Below, piece by piece: positions 47,714-56,585 of a stretch of DNA of 64,000 nucleotides; the stretch's first letter is position 1; the number at the start of each line of letters is the position of its first letter. The translations under genes were made by a program, and so were the position numbers. Below the pieces are notes generated by a model. It saw only the letters and a list, made by a program, of their open reading frames with translations. It was not told the origin of the DNA and searched no databases. This DNA comes from a virus: the IMG/VR virus record IMGVR_UViG_3300045976_000117, positions 1 to 64,000 of that record. One strand, given 5' to 3'.

Positions 47714-48014
47714 ATGAGTACTCGGAAAAGTGTCAAATCGACCCATGCGGGGACTTGTTCGCAGCGTCTGCAAGATCGTACGCAATGGGTCCGAAACACC
47801 GGACAGAAGGCCGGACAGTTTGGGGCTGTAGGGCTGTTTACTTTGACTCTGGCGGGCTGTGGTGGCCATGCATTCCTCGACAACAGCCCGACCTGCGGCT
47901 GGTGGATGGTACGGCGTCACCCATGTCAACGTGGACGGCAAAATGGTTCCGTGCGTGACTTGGAAAAATGGCCACGCGGGCGGAATCAGTTGTGATTTTG
48001 CGGGGTCGAAGTGA
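47714..48014 (+). pseudogene. Frameshifted lipoprotein gene
   Basis: Lipobox LAGC in one frame; VPCVTWKNGHAGGISCDF in the +1 frame; junction at CATGCAT near 47867. Confidence 0.6.
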
Positions 48015-48229
48015 CTATTCATTGTGATCCTGGCTATCACCCGGATGATTTTACCTATCGTTTTCACGTTATCCACTATTGCTCACCCGATGTGCCAGGC
48101 AATGGACTTCCGTGGGACGCACCCACCGCGTGGTCGGCCATCGGCACGGGCGCCTTCTTCCTAGTGATTCTTCTCTGTCTTGCTTACCTCATAATTTTCG
48201 ATAACAAAGATCGGGGGCAACAAGAATAA
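48011..48229 (+). CDS. Small membrane protein
   Basis: GTGA overlap, C-terminal TM. Confidence 0.55.
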   Translation: MTIHCDPGYHPDDFTYRFHVIHYCSPDVPGNGLPWDAPTAWSAIGTGAFFLVILLCLAYLIIFDNKDRGQQE

Positions 48230-48411
48230 TGGCTATGCATCCAGCGATTGACGCACTCAAACAAGAACTGGAAAAACGACACAAAAATGCTGACCAGTAT
48301 CAAGATAGTGGACTATACGCCGCGGCATATAACGAACGTCGCGAGGCTAACGGTATTGAGCGAGCTATCGCCATCATAGAGCCTTGGCTTGGAGGTGAAC
48401 GCGGATTATAA
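48229..48411 (+). CDS. Hypothetical protein
   Basis: TAATG overlap. Confidence 0.6.
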   Translation: MAMHPAIDALKQELEKRHKNADQYQDSGLYAAAYNERREANGIERAIAIIEPWLGGERGL

Positions 48412-48496
48412 GTGAGCGCGGACTGCGTGACTTGGACTGGATCGTTGCCCAGATCCAATACGACTTTGAAGAAGACAACGATGACGTTAACGGCAA

Positions 48497-48685
48497 TTGG
48501 CGAATAGTGCGGGGCCTGGAGATAATATCTATATTCTTTTTGAGCCATACGATGATGGCTCTGCGGAGTTTGTCTATCCACCTAAAGCCACTCATTATCG
48601 CCTTACGCCCATTGTTGTAGAAGAGGGCGATAACGCAGTGCAGAAATTTGAGGAATGGACTAAAGGTCTACAGGAGGAGGAATGA
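48497..48685 (+). CDS. Hypothetical protein
   Basis: In operon; start probably further upstream. Confidence 0.45.
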   Translation: MANSAGPGDNIYILFEPYDDGSAEFVYPPKATHYRLTPIVVEEGDNAVQKFEEWTKGLQEEE

Positions 48686-49114
48686 GTTTATTATGGCAGA
48701 TATTACTGCCAGTGATATTACTGCTGATCGCGATTCTAGGGATACTGATCTGGGCCTGGATCGCAGCACCCCGCGAGGAGCCGTGGGTACAGGACGAGGA
48801 AGAAGAGTGATTCTCGCCTGGATTTTTCTTCAGCTGGCCGAGATCGCGACACTGGTTGCTGTTGTTATGGAAATGTGGGGTTTCTTTTTCGGACCGAATG
48901 AGTGGGTATATCCCGCCGGGATTTCAGCACTCGTTTTGCTCGTCATTATCTGGTTCGTCCCGTGGAATATTGACTGAGACTCGGTGGGATGAGGAGACGT
49001 AATTATGAGTGACGTTGTGTTCGTTGGGGCTATGCAAAGCATTTTTATTGGAGCTCTTGTGACACTGGGCATAGTTGTAATTGTCGAGATTTTAAGGAGG
49101 TGAAGTAACTAATC

Positions 49115-50125
49115 ATGATGGGCCACGGACACACCTCGTTTAACCTGGTTAACGGCCTGGCATTGGGTGATGCACTTGCCCTGCCTCCGTTAGTCACTCT
49201 CACCATGGGCGTGTGTCTTGCTGGCGCCGGAACACTGCCAGACATTGACTGCCATGGATCGACAGCCAGCACAGCGTTCGGACCTTTCTCCGATGCTGTT
49301 CACCATGCGTCGAAGCATTTACATCACATGGTTGCTGCGTCCCTGTACTCCGAACATGATTTCGAGAATGGGCACAGTGAGCACCGCGGGTTGACGCACT
49401 GGTGGCCGTTCTGGATTGTCTGCGGGGGCGGGGTAGAGATTGGCTGCCTCACCGTTGGGCGATGGTTCGTTATGGGAGTCATTGCCATACTCTTCGCGCT
49501 GGCCGCGCGGGGACTTTCTATTCCGGACGTGCCAACTGAGCGACAAGATCGGTTTCTTGACTCACTCAAACATGAATTTGCGATGCGCTGGGCTTACCGA
49601 CTTCTACTCCTGTGCCCGTTCACGTGGTGCATGCGACTTTTGAACAAACGGGTACGTCGCACTCGCCGTTACACCTTGTTCAGTATCTTCAGTCATGACT
49701 TCGGTTTCCGATTCGGAATCGGTAAAGTAGTCACCCTGGGAGTCTCGGTACTGATTTCATATGCTCTTGTGACTCAGGGAGTGGCGTCCACCATTGGCCC
49801 CTGGCTTGGCCTTATTGTCTTCGCGGGTATGCTCCTTCACTGGCTAGGTGACTCACCTACGCACATGGGCGTGCCCGGTTTTCTGCTTCACCACAAGTGG
49901 AAGCTGCCGTTTTGGGCCAGCTTCTACGCGGGCGGTCCTTTCGAGGTTGCGGTGATCTGGTTCTGCCTTGGATGGCTCAACCTTCTTCTGATTCCTGGTC
50001 TTGCGCCACGGTGGCTCGAGATGGATGTCATCACCTGGGGCGGTTTGTTCTTAGGACTAATAATTTTGTTGGCCATCATTGTGGAAGGCACACAACGAAC
50101 GAAACAGAGGAGGTATGCAACATGA
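49115..50125 (+). CDS. Metal-dependent membrane hydrolase (YdjM/DUF457-like)
   Basis: GH.H, LPDID, HRGLTH, H.LGD..T..GVP. Confidence 0.85.
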   Translation: MMGHGHTSFNLVNGLALGDALALPPLVTLTMGVCLAGAGTLPDIDCHGSTASTAFGPFSDAVHHASKHLHHMVAASLYSEHDFENGHSEHRGLTHWWPFWIVCGGGVEIGCLTVGRWFVMGVIAILFALAARGLSIPDVPTERQDRFLDSLKHEFAMRWAYRLLLLCPFTWCMRLLNKRVRRTRRYTLFSIFSHDFGFRFGIGKVVTLGVSVLISYALVTQGVASTIGPWLGLIVFAGMLLHWLGDSPTHMGVPGFLLHHKWKLPFWASFYAGGPFEVAVIWFCLGWLNLLLIPGLAPRWLEMDVITWGGLFLGLIILLAIIVEGTQRTKQRRYAT

Positions 50126-50499
50126 GGATTAAGAAGCAAAAGAATAAAGCCAGAATCGCGTTTCCGGCTTACGGGAATGCGTGGTTTGTTGTTAGTACTA
50201 TCAATGGTGCGTGTTATTTATCGGACGTTCATGGCATAGAAAGTAATGAATGGACAGAGCTTTATGTAGCAGAACTACCAAATCCTGACGGTTACTGGAG
50301 ATATTCCACGAGTGAGATATTGCCAGTATGGGATCTTGGCGATGGACTAGAACTAACAATCAGTGATGACTTAGAAGGTCTGACTCTGAGTGGTGCAGGT
50401 ACTCGATATGATTTAGATGATCTCGAAAAAGAGGCTCTCATGACACTCGCCGCGGTAGCAGCTTTGCGGAAAATACTCAAGGAGCGTGATAGTCAGTGA
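50122..50499 (+). CDS. Hypothetical protein
   Basis: GAGGAGG RBS, ATGA overlap. Confidence 0.6.
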   Translation: MRIKKQKNKARIAFPAYGNAWFVVSTINGACYLSDVHGIESNEWTELYVAELPNPDGYWRYSTSEILPVWDLGDGLELTISDDLEGLTLSGAGTRYDLDDLEKEALMTLAAVAALRKILKERDSQ

Positions 50500-50945
50500 C
50501 TCAAGCTGTTCAGCCTTACCAGGAGCCTCCTCGAGAGCTCCCGCATCCTCCTACGGAATTTAATCTAGGAGGGCATCGTTACGTACTCATTCCTACGGAG
50601 CAATCACCTCTTCCTGTCCCTCAGCATCAGGGTCCAGTCATTAATGGGATTCCTCATGTGCCAGGACCTCATGGCTACCAGCCGTATCGAGCTCCTTACC
50701 ATGCCCACCCGGCCAATCCTCCCTGGTTGCGAAACCACTATACCCGCGGGACGGGGATTTTGATCGGAGCAGCCTGCATCGGAGTTGTTCTTTTCATCGT
50801 AACGGCTGCACTCTTTACTTTGGTGACATGGGCCCTGGCCAACCTCATGGCCATTGCAGTGACGGTAGTGATCGTCTTTTTCGGCGGCTTAATCCTTTTA
50901 GGCAAGCTCGCATCCGTGCGGCACGGACACCCGATAAGGAGGTGA
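50496..50945 (+). CDS. Pro-rich two-TM membrane protein (SpdD-like architecture)
   Basis: Pro/His-rich N-terminus followed by two TM and a basic tail. Confidence 0.5.
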   Translation: MTQAVQPYQEPPRELPHPPTEFNLGGHRYVLIPTEQSPLPVPQHQGPVINGIPHVPGPHGYQPYRAPYHAHPANPPWLRNHYTRGTGILIGAACIGVVLFIVTAALFTLVTWALANLMAIAVTVVIVFFGGLILLGKLASVRHGHPIRR

Positions 50946-50951
50946 TAATTA

Positions 50952-51410
50952 ATGGGATGGCTATGGCCCACAGCTACTGAAGAGGAAGAAGACGAAGAGC
51001 TCACCTATACCCGCGGATTGGTCGCTGTTCATGAGTCGGGACACGCAGTGGCGTGCGACGCCTACGGCATTCCTTATTCAGAGATCCACGTCTCCGTGAG
51101 TCGTACCTACTGGACTGGCCAGCTTGAGTACACGGGTTACGTTCACACAGCAGACAACTATCATGGTCAGGAAATGCAGTACGCGGCCATGTGTTTGGCA
51201 GGTAGAGAGGCCGAAGCTCTATGGCTGATGGATAAATACGGCTGGCGCAAGGGAAAAGCCCGTTCTTTTGCAGAGGACCACGCGGGTACTGATATGCGTA
51301 ATGCTCAGTTCCTTGTGGGTCGAGGTGGAATGTATCAGGCTGAAAAACAAGCTCGACGTTTAGTCGAGTCTCATTGGTCAAGAATTACCCGGTTAGCGGG
51401 ACAACTCTAA
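50952..51410 (+). CDS. Zincin peptidase (M41/M50-like domain)
   Basis: AVHESGHAV, LAGREAE, A.TD...A. Confidence 0.75.
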   Translation: MGWLWPTATEEEEDEELTYTRGLVAVHESGHAVACDAYGIPYSEIHVSVSRTYWTGQLEYTGYVHTADNYHGQEMQYAAMCLAGREAEALWLMDKYGWRKGKARSFAEDHAGTDMRNAQFLVGRGGMYQAEKQARRLVESHWSRITRLAGQL

Positions 51411-51428
51411 AAGAGAGGAATTAGTACA

Positions 51429-51689
51429 GTGGCACGTCGAGATGAATCACCTTGTGAGAACAACTGCGGTCATGCAAAGTCCGACCATCATTGTCGATAC
51501 AAAGACATCAACACAAGCAGGGAAGTATGGAAGTGCCAGTATTGCTCTTGTAAGGTATATCCTCAACAAATGGCCAATGGTGATCCTAATTTCATCTATG
51601 TTGAAGGTGTTGGCTGGGATTACGCATCAAACGCCCATAAATACAATAAATCAGCTAGTAGTGGCCGTCGATTTTTTGGACTATTCTAG
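51429..51689 (+). CDS. Small Cys/His protein
   Basis: CGH....H...C..C.C. Confidence 0.55.
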   Translation: MARRDESPCENNCGHAKSDHHCRYKDINTSREVWKCQYCSCKVYPQQMANGDPNFIYVEGVGWDYASNAHKYNKSASSGRRFFGLF

Positions 51690-51722
51690 AAGGCACATTG
51701 GTAGGTCTAATCATTTGGAGTC

Positions 51723-51926
51723 ATGAAAAAGGGACTTTTGATGAAATTAGGATTATTAACCGGCGATAGCAGAGAGGGTACGAGTGAACAAGCCCCTCGG
51801 CACTACCACCACGCACCATCCCGCGGGGACTTCACTTACTGTGGCATGAGTCTGGTTGGTGCAGTGCCTAGTGGCCCTCCGGCTCGTGGCGTGACAGAGT
51901 GCCCTATCTGCGCTGCCAGGAGGTGA
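51723..51926 (+). CDS. Small zinc-finger protein
   Basis: H...T.CG...CPIC. Confidence 0.55.
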   Translation: MKKGLLMKLGLLTGDSREGTSEQAPRHYHHAPSRGDFTYCGMSLVGAVPSGPPARGVTECPICAARR

Positions 51927-51931
51927 GTTAG

Positions 51932-52147
51932 ATGAGGCTGTTTGATCCTGATGATGGAGTCTTGCCAGCACTTGAGCCGGATGCTCGTAAGGTAGCCATT
52001 GCAGAGCTACAAGCCTTGGCCAATACCTTTCATCGCTCCGCGGTGGCTTCTGGAAGCCTCTCAATCAGAGTGACCTACACGTCCTGTGCTGAGTATGTGG
52101 AAGGCCGGATTAGGGCACTTCAGCGAGGCGACCAGTTCCACGTCTAG
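51932..52147 (+). CDS. Hypothetical protein
   Basis: AGGAGGTG RBS. Confidence 0.6.
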   Translation: MRLFDPDDGVLPALEPDARKVAIAELQALANTFHRSAVASGSLSIRVTYTSCAEYVEGRIRALQRGDQFHV

Positions 52148-52165
52148 TGTCACCCGTTCAGGGTA

Positions 52166-52207
52166 TTGCTGTCTAGCTGGACAGGTGGGTACTGTCTAGC
52201 TAGACAG
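52166..52207 (+). promoter_or_regulatory. Promoter with tandem operator A sites
   Basis: TTGCTG-N18-TACTGT; CTGTCTAGCTGGACAG (52169) and CTGTCTAGCTAGACAG (52192). Confidence 0.7.
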
Positions 52208-52235
52208 CTTGAAACGAAAGAACAAGGGGCCAGCA

Positions 52236-52427
52236 ATGAACGCAACGCAAATGACAAAGATGATCGGCCAGACAGGTAATATCTTCGGTTCTGGTGACAT
52301 GCGTATTTCTGTTCGCATTATTGATGTCAAGGTGTCTTATGGCAGCGTTCGTTATCAGGTCAAGCCTGTAGCCGGTTGTGGTACGGCATGGATTGACGCT
52401 GACTCAATTAAGCTCTACGAGGACTGA
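52236..52427 (+). CDS. Small SH3-like hypothetical protein
   Basis: V.I.DVK.SYG..RY.V.P.AG.G..W. Confidence 0.65.
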   Translation: MNATQMTKMIGQTGNIFGSGDMRISVRIIDVKVSYGSVRYQVKPVAGCGTAWIDADSIKLYED

Positions 52428-52432
52428 TACCA

Positions 52433-52858
52433 ATGACCACGACAGTTGAGCGCAGCGCTTTTCGAATCTGGCGCCTATTCCGAACTGATGGTGAAGTGTC
52501 AGGGGTAACAATTGAGTTTACTATCTCCGCGAGGACAGAGCAGCAAGCCCGTGAATTGGCTTGCGACACTGTTAAGCCCGAAGACAGTAGGACGTGGCTT
52601 GATCGGCGTACTTCTCGAGCTATCGAACTAGGTAAGGCTGATAGTAAATTTCAGGAGTTGCAGGTCATTTCACAATACGCGGTACCAACAATGAAAATAT
52701 CTTTCGAATGGTCGGTTAGGCCTCCTCAGTATGATGTCGATGCCTGGCCCGCATGGATAGGTCCCGAAGCTGAAGCACGGCGCATTTTGGAAGATGGCTG
52801 GACTTTACATAAGCGGCCTCGTTTCTCCATGTACGGGAAGTGGGAAGAAGTGAAATGA
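52433..52858 (+). CDS. Hypothetical protein
   Basis: GAGGA RBS. Confidence 0.6.
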   Translation: MTTTVERSAFRIWRLFRTDGEVSGVTIEFTISARTEQQARELACDTVKPEDSRTWLDRRTSRAIELGKADSKFQELQVISQYAVPTMKISFEWSVRPPQYDVDAWPAWIGPEAEARRILEDGWTLHKRPRFSMYGKWEEVK

Positions 52859-53135
52859 TCGAATTAATAGCAGAAGCGTCAGGTCCTACGATAACTATTC
52901 TCGGTGTATTAGGGTCTATAGCTTTTATCATGGGCCAGCCTGAATACGGAGTGAGTCTTCTAATCTTCGCCGGGGTGCTGATTGTAGTAGCTTTATTATC
53001 TATTTGGGTCTTAAAACGACGTGGTGAGTGGTAATTCGCAAAATTAAATAATCTGATTTACCTCGCACCGGGTATAGGTGTTAAGTGGAGAGGAGGTGAG
53101 AACAATGCCACCGCGGTAGGGAAAGCCTACCGGGA

Positions 53136-53209
53136 TGCGGGATAGCTCAGTCAGGTAGAGCGCCGGTTTCATACTCCGGTGGTCGGGAGTTCAAATCTCC
53201 CTCCCGCAA
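53136..53209 (+). tRNA. tRNA-Met (anticodon CAT; Ile2 not excluded)
   Basis: TGCGGGA/TCCCGCA acceptor, GCTC/GAGC D stem, CCGG/CCGG anticodon stem with TTCATAC loop, GGGAG-TTCAAAT-CTCCC T arm; no encoded CCA. Confidence 0.92.
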
Positions 53210-53632
53210 CGTGAGAAAGGAGAAAGATGTGAAAGGAAAGGGGAAGGGTAAATGAATCCTACTGGATGGTGCTGCACAGCATGGTCTCACTGCACCTGCG
53301 GCAACCTCGATGCTCACACACCCGATGACCCCGGCCCAACGACTGACTATGACTTTTCCTCCAGTCATCCCTCACTGTGCCGGTTCTATCGGTCCGGGCT
53401 GGTTGACAGAACACGAAACCGTCCGAATGAATCTCATCACTATTGTTGATGCCAGTATTGTTCAAGAAAACATTGATTGGGGCATGCTGGCCAATGACAT
53501 TGGCGAGGCCATCGAAAAGACGAGTGTCGAACAGCATGGACTGACTTTTGAAGATCGGGCCATTGTTCGTGTACTTCCTCAGTTCATAGCCGCAGTGACT
53601 GCGGCACAGAAAGAATTAATAGAAAGTGGAGA

Positions 53633-53863
53633 ATGATGGTACAGATCGGAATCGAAACCGGGCCGGAACCTTTCGAGCCTAATGAAGAGCATATAGCACA
53701 CTATGAGGACTATCGTAAATCAGCGCGTAAGGCTGGAAATTTTGGCAATTATGACGCCGCGGTGGCTACGGCACTTCTTGCGTTAGCTGCTCAAGTCGCT
53801 CGGCTCGCGGACGTAGCAGAGTATCAAACTAAGATCAATGCAAAACACAGGTATGAGGGATAA
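53633..53863 (+). CDS. Hypothetical protein
   Basis: ATGA overlap. Confidence 0.55.
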   Translation: MMVQIGIETGPEPFEPNEEHIAHYEDYRKSARKAGNFGNYDAAVATALLALAAQVARLADVAEYQTKINAKHRYEG

Positions 53864-53866
53864 AAT

Positions 53867-54331
53867 ATGACACATCGATTCTTTGAGCCATCACCTCATG
53901 ACGTAAACATGGGCAAAGTACGGTCTTCTCATGATGTCAGGATTATAAATTTCAGAGATGAGTCAACCTGCAATCAGTGGCATGGCGGAACGATTATTTA
54001 TGTTGATGATTCTGCTTATGTACGTAACTTCGTCACTGATACTATTGCATGTTGGCCCGACACTAGCATCCCGATCGATCAGCTCATTATTGACGTGCAA
54101 ACTGATAACGGGGTAGGCAGACTCTTCTTTCGGCACGAAAGCATGCTTGACGAGTATGGTCAGCCTAAGCTAGGTACCAAGTATCGGGCACTTGTCGAGG
54201 CTCTTGAGTCAGCAGATCATGCCGGTCGGTTACCTATGGTGGGAGCGCAGCTGTGGGTGCGTTGGACAAACATCACCCCTAACGGTCGGAAACTCTGGGA
54301 AGTGAGATATGAAGATGGGGTCTGTAAATGA
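53867..54331 (+). CDS. Possible OB-fold ssDNA-binding protein-like
   Basis: GGTI...RNF.T...WPD..P..QL.I.VQT...G..L.V.W pattern resembling actinophage SSB cores. Confidence 0.4.
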   Translation: MTHRFFEPSPHDVNMGKVRSSHDVRIINFRDESTCNQWHGGTIIYVDDSAYVRNFVTDTIACWPDTSIPIDQLIIDVQTDNGVGRLFFRHESMLDEYGQPKLGTKYRALVEALESADHAGRLPMVGAQLWVRWTNITPNGRKLWEVRYEDGVCK

Positions 54332-54517
54332 TCCAAACTGGAATCTGGACCGGCCAAAAATGGGCGGCTCGACTTGGGCATGGACCCTCCGTGCGAGTCA
54401 AATACTTCAAATTCGATAGAGGTGAAGTTGTCTTCGAATACATCAGCACTTGCATCAAATATCCTCAAGACGTTATGGATCTGACAAGTTTTACTCAACG
54501 ATTTGAACTGGTGAGCA

Positions 54518-54796
54518 ATGGATGATTACGGGCTCACTACTGAGGATTATCTGCGGGCACTCCGACAGGCCTCCTCAAAGCTCTCAGAAGCTCTGAGCTT
54601 TTATCAACAAGCCATCACCTCAGCTCGTGAGGCCGGAGCCACCTGGGAGCAACTGAGCACCGCGGCTGACATCCCTACGGCCACCGCGCGAAGTCGTCAT
54701 AGAACAGCGGTACAGGGTGGTGAGATGCACCTGCACATCGATCCCTTGAAAGATCCTTTGGAGGAGCAAGATGGAAAAAGCAATTTTGTGCGCTGA
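54518..54796 (+). CDS. Small HTH protein
   Basis: [13 protein letters not shown]...TA..R. Confidence 0.65.
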   Translation: MDDYGLTTEDYLRALRQASSKLSEALSFYQQAITSAREAGATWEQLSTAADIPTATARSRHRTAVQGGEMHLHIDPLKDPLEEQDGKSNFVR

Positions 54797-55208
54797 CATG
54801 GTAGTTTGGAATGAAGAACAACTACCTTTTAAGGTGCTCATGATTTATCGTAAATGGCCTCCTTACGAAGGTATGTGGGCCTTGCCGGGAGGTCATGTCG
54901 ACCGTGGTGAAACATTCGAACAAGCTGCAATAAGAGAACTTAAAGAGGAAGCGGGCTTGGATTTGGCCAAAGTGCACCGTGTAGGTATTTATGACACACC
55001 AGACCGTGACCCTCGAGGCCGTGTTGTATCCGTAGCATTCACCGCGCGGGCTCCTTTGGGCGCACAACTCATAGCCGGAGATGACGCGGCAAAGGTTGCC
55101 TGGATACCCGCGAGGCAAATAATTTCAGGTGAGGTACCTGTGGCCTTCGATCATCAACAGATCGTTTTTGATGCCTATCAACTAGGCAGTTTTCCGGAGG
55201 AAATGTAA
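54771..55208 (+). CDS. Nudix hydrolase
   Basis: Nudix box GG.VD.GE....AA.REL.EEAG; RDPRG; AGDDA; AFDH. Confidence 0.92.
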   Translation: MEKAILCADMVVWNEEQLPFKVLMIYRKWPPYEGMWALPGGHVDRGETFEQAAIRELKEEAGLDLAKVHRVGIYDTPDRDPRGRVVSVAFTARAPLGAQLIAGDDAAKVAWIPARQIISGEVPVAFDHQQIVFDAYQLGSFPEEM

Positions 55209-55981
55209 TGTATAAACGATTATGGGCTTTTCTTGTGGCCCTGTCCCTGGCTATCGGCGCCGGAGCGATCCTCGCGGCGTGTGGCCGCGACGATGATGAC
55301 TACACCGCGGCGCCCGCTGCTTTCGCCATGCCTAATGGTGAGCAGTGCTACGGGTGGATGAATAACCCGCATGAGACTGATAACTTCGGTCCGGCCTGCC
55401 CGTTCGCCATGCCCCAAAGTCAGCCAGTGCGTCAACCTGGCATGTCGGATATGGACTGGGCCATTTTGGGCGGTCTGTTCGGGTACTACATGGGTCACCA
55501 CTCCTACTACAACCGACCTTGGTATTACGACAACTACATTGGGCCCGCGTGGACTCGTTACCCGGCCGGTAATTACCTGGCTTATCCTGGCCACCCGGTC
55601 ACCAGAATCACCAACGTCACTGTCTACAACGGCGTCACTCGAGATATCGACACCCGCAATGCTGTCTTCGAAAAGAAGTACTCCGCGGATCCTAAATACT
55701 CGACATACAAGACCGCCAACGGCAAGACTTACAATGGCAAGACCGTTCCGAGCAAAGCATTTAGTGGGACGAACGTGCCGGTTAAGAAATCGCCTCTTGG
55801 CAACGCGGGATATGGCACGAGCAATACAATCAAACCAAACACAAGCACCAACACGGGTACGAGTAGATCAGGATATGGCAAGAGCTACGGCGGGTCTGGC
55901 GGTAGTTGGTTCAATAGCAGACCTAGCTCAGGCTCAAAATCATATGGCAGTTTCAGCAGCGGAAGTAGAAGGAGTAAATAA
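55208..55981 (+). CDS. Lipoprotein with Tyr-rich core and Gly/Ser-rich tail
   Basis: Lipobox LAAC; low-complexity GSSR C-terminus. Confidence 0.75.
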   Translation: MYKRLWAFLVALSLAIGAGAILAACGRDDDDYTAAPAAFAMPNGEQCYGWMNNPHETDNFGPACPFAMPQSQPVRQPGMSDMDWAILGGLFGYYMGHHSYYNRPWYYDNYIGPAWTRYPAGNYLAYPGHPVTRITNVTVYNGVTRDIDTRNAVFEKKYSADPKYSTYKTANGKTYNGKTVPSKAFSGTNVPVKKSPLGNAGYGTSNTIKPNTSTNTGTSRSGYGKSYGGSGGSWFNSRPSSGSKSYGSFSSGSRRSK

Positions 55982-55983
55982 CC

Positions 55984-56277
55984 ATGAATAAAATCACAGA
56001 ACTAACTGACGAGCAGCTGGTTCAATTCGCAAAAGAATTGACACCAGGCACGAAGGTACTAGCAGTAACAGATGATCCGGACAATCCTGACCAGATTGGT
56101 ATCATCGTTAAGCCCACTGCGGAGGAATTGGCGTATGCCAAAGAGAATCTCTGTGGGTTTGATGACGATGATGTTCCGTGCTACACCCTCGTTGCTTGGT
56201 CATGGTCTGATGAACCCAATGAAGTGTTTGGTCGATACTGGGAAGCCTTGGATGATTTGCAAAAGGTGGAGGATTAA
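55984..56277 (+). CDS. Hypothetical protein (tandem paralog A)
   Basis: Similar to the next gene at DNA and protein level. Confidence 0.7.
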   Translation: MNKITELTDEQLVQFAKELTPGTKVLAVTDDPDNPDQIGIIVKPTAEELAYAKENLCGFDDDDVPCYTLVAWSWSDEPNEVFGRYWEALDDLQKVED

Positions 56278-56285
56278 GAGTAATT

Positions 56286-56585
56286 ATGGCTTATTACGCG
56301 GAACTGATCGGTGATCAATTCGTTCAGTTCACAAAAGAATTACCACCCAACACAAAAGTACTGCTAATAGAAGACGATCTAAACAGTCCTAGTCAAATTG
56401 GTATTATTGTCAAGCCTGCTAGAGATGAACGGGTCGATCACGATCAATATCGTGATCGTGTATGTCGTAGAAAAGAATCGGCTTGCTGTGTCCTCGTTGC
56501 CTGGTCATGGCCAGACACGCCAGACGAGACTAACTGTCGACTCTGGGAGCCTATCGGAGGTTTGCAGAAGGTCGAGGACAGTTGA
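56286..56585 (+). CDS. Hypothetical protein (tandem paralog B)
   Basis: VQF.KEL.P.TKVL, QIGIIVKP, LVAWSW, LQKVED shared. Confidence 0.7.
   Translation: MAYYAELIGDQFVQFTKELPPNTKVLLIEDDLNSPSQIGIIVKPARDERVDHDQYRDRVCRRKESACCVLVAWSWPDTPDETNCRLWEPIGGLQKVEDS

Larger units (their letters stand above)
47329..47723. repeat. Cluster of GAGTACYC-like 8-mers (clt/TRS-like)
   Basis: GTAC cores at 47343, 47365, 47376, 47388, 47405, 47441, 47518, 47536, 47584, 47621, 47672, 47718. Confidence 0.7.

Noticed and set aside
43574-47723. Complete integrated AICE or IS element
   Set aside because: No integrase, excisionase, Rep or att-like direct repeats were found around the tra module.
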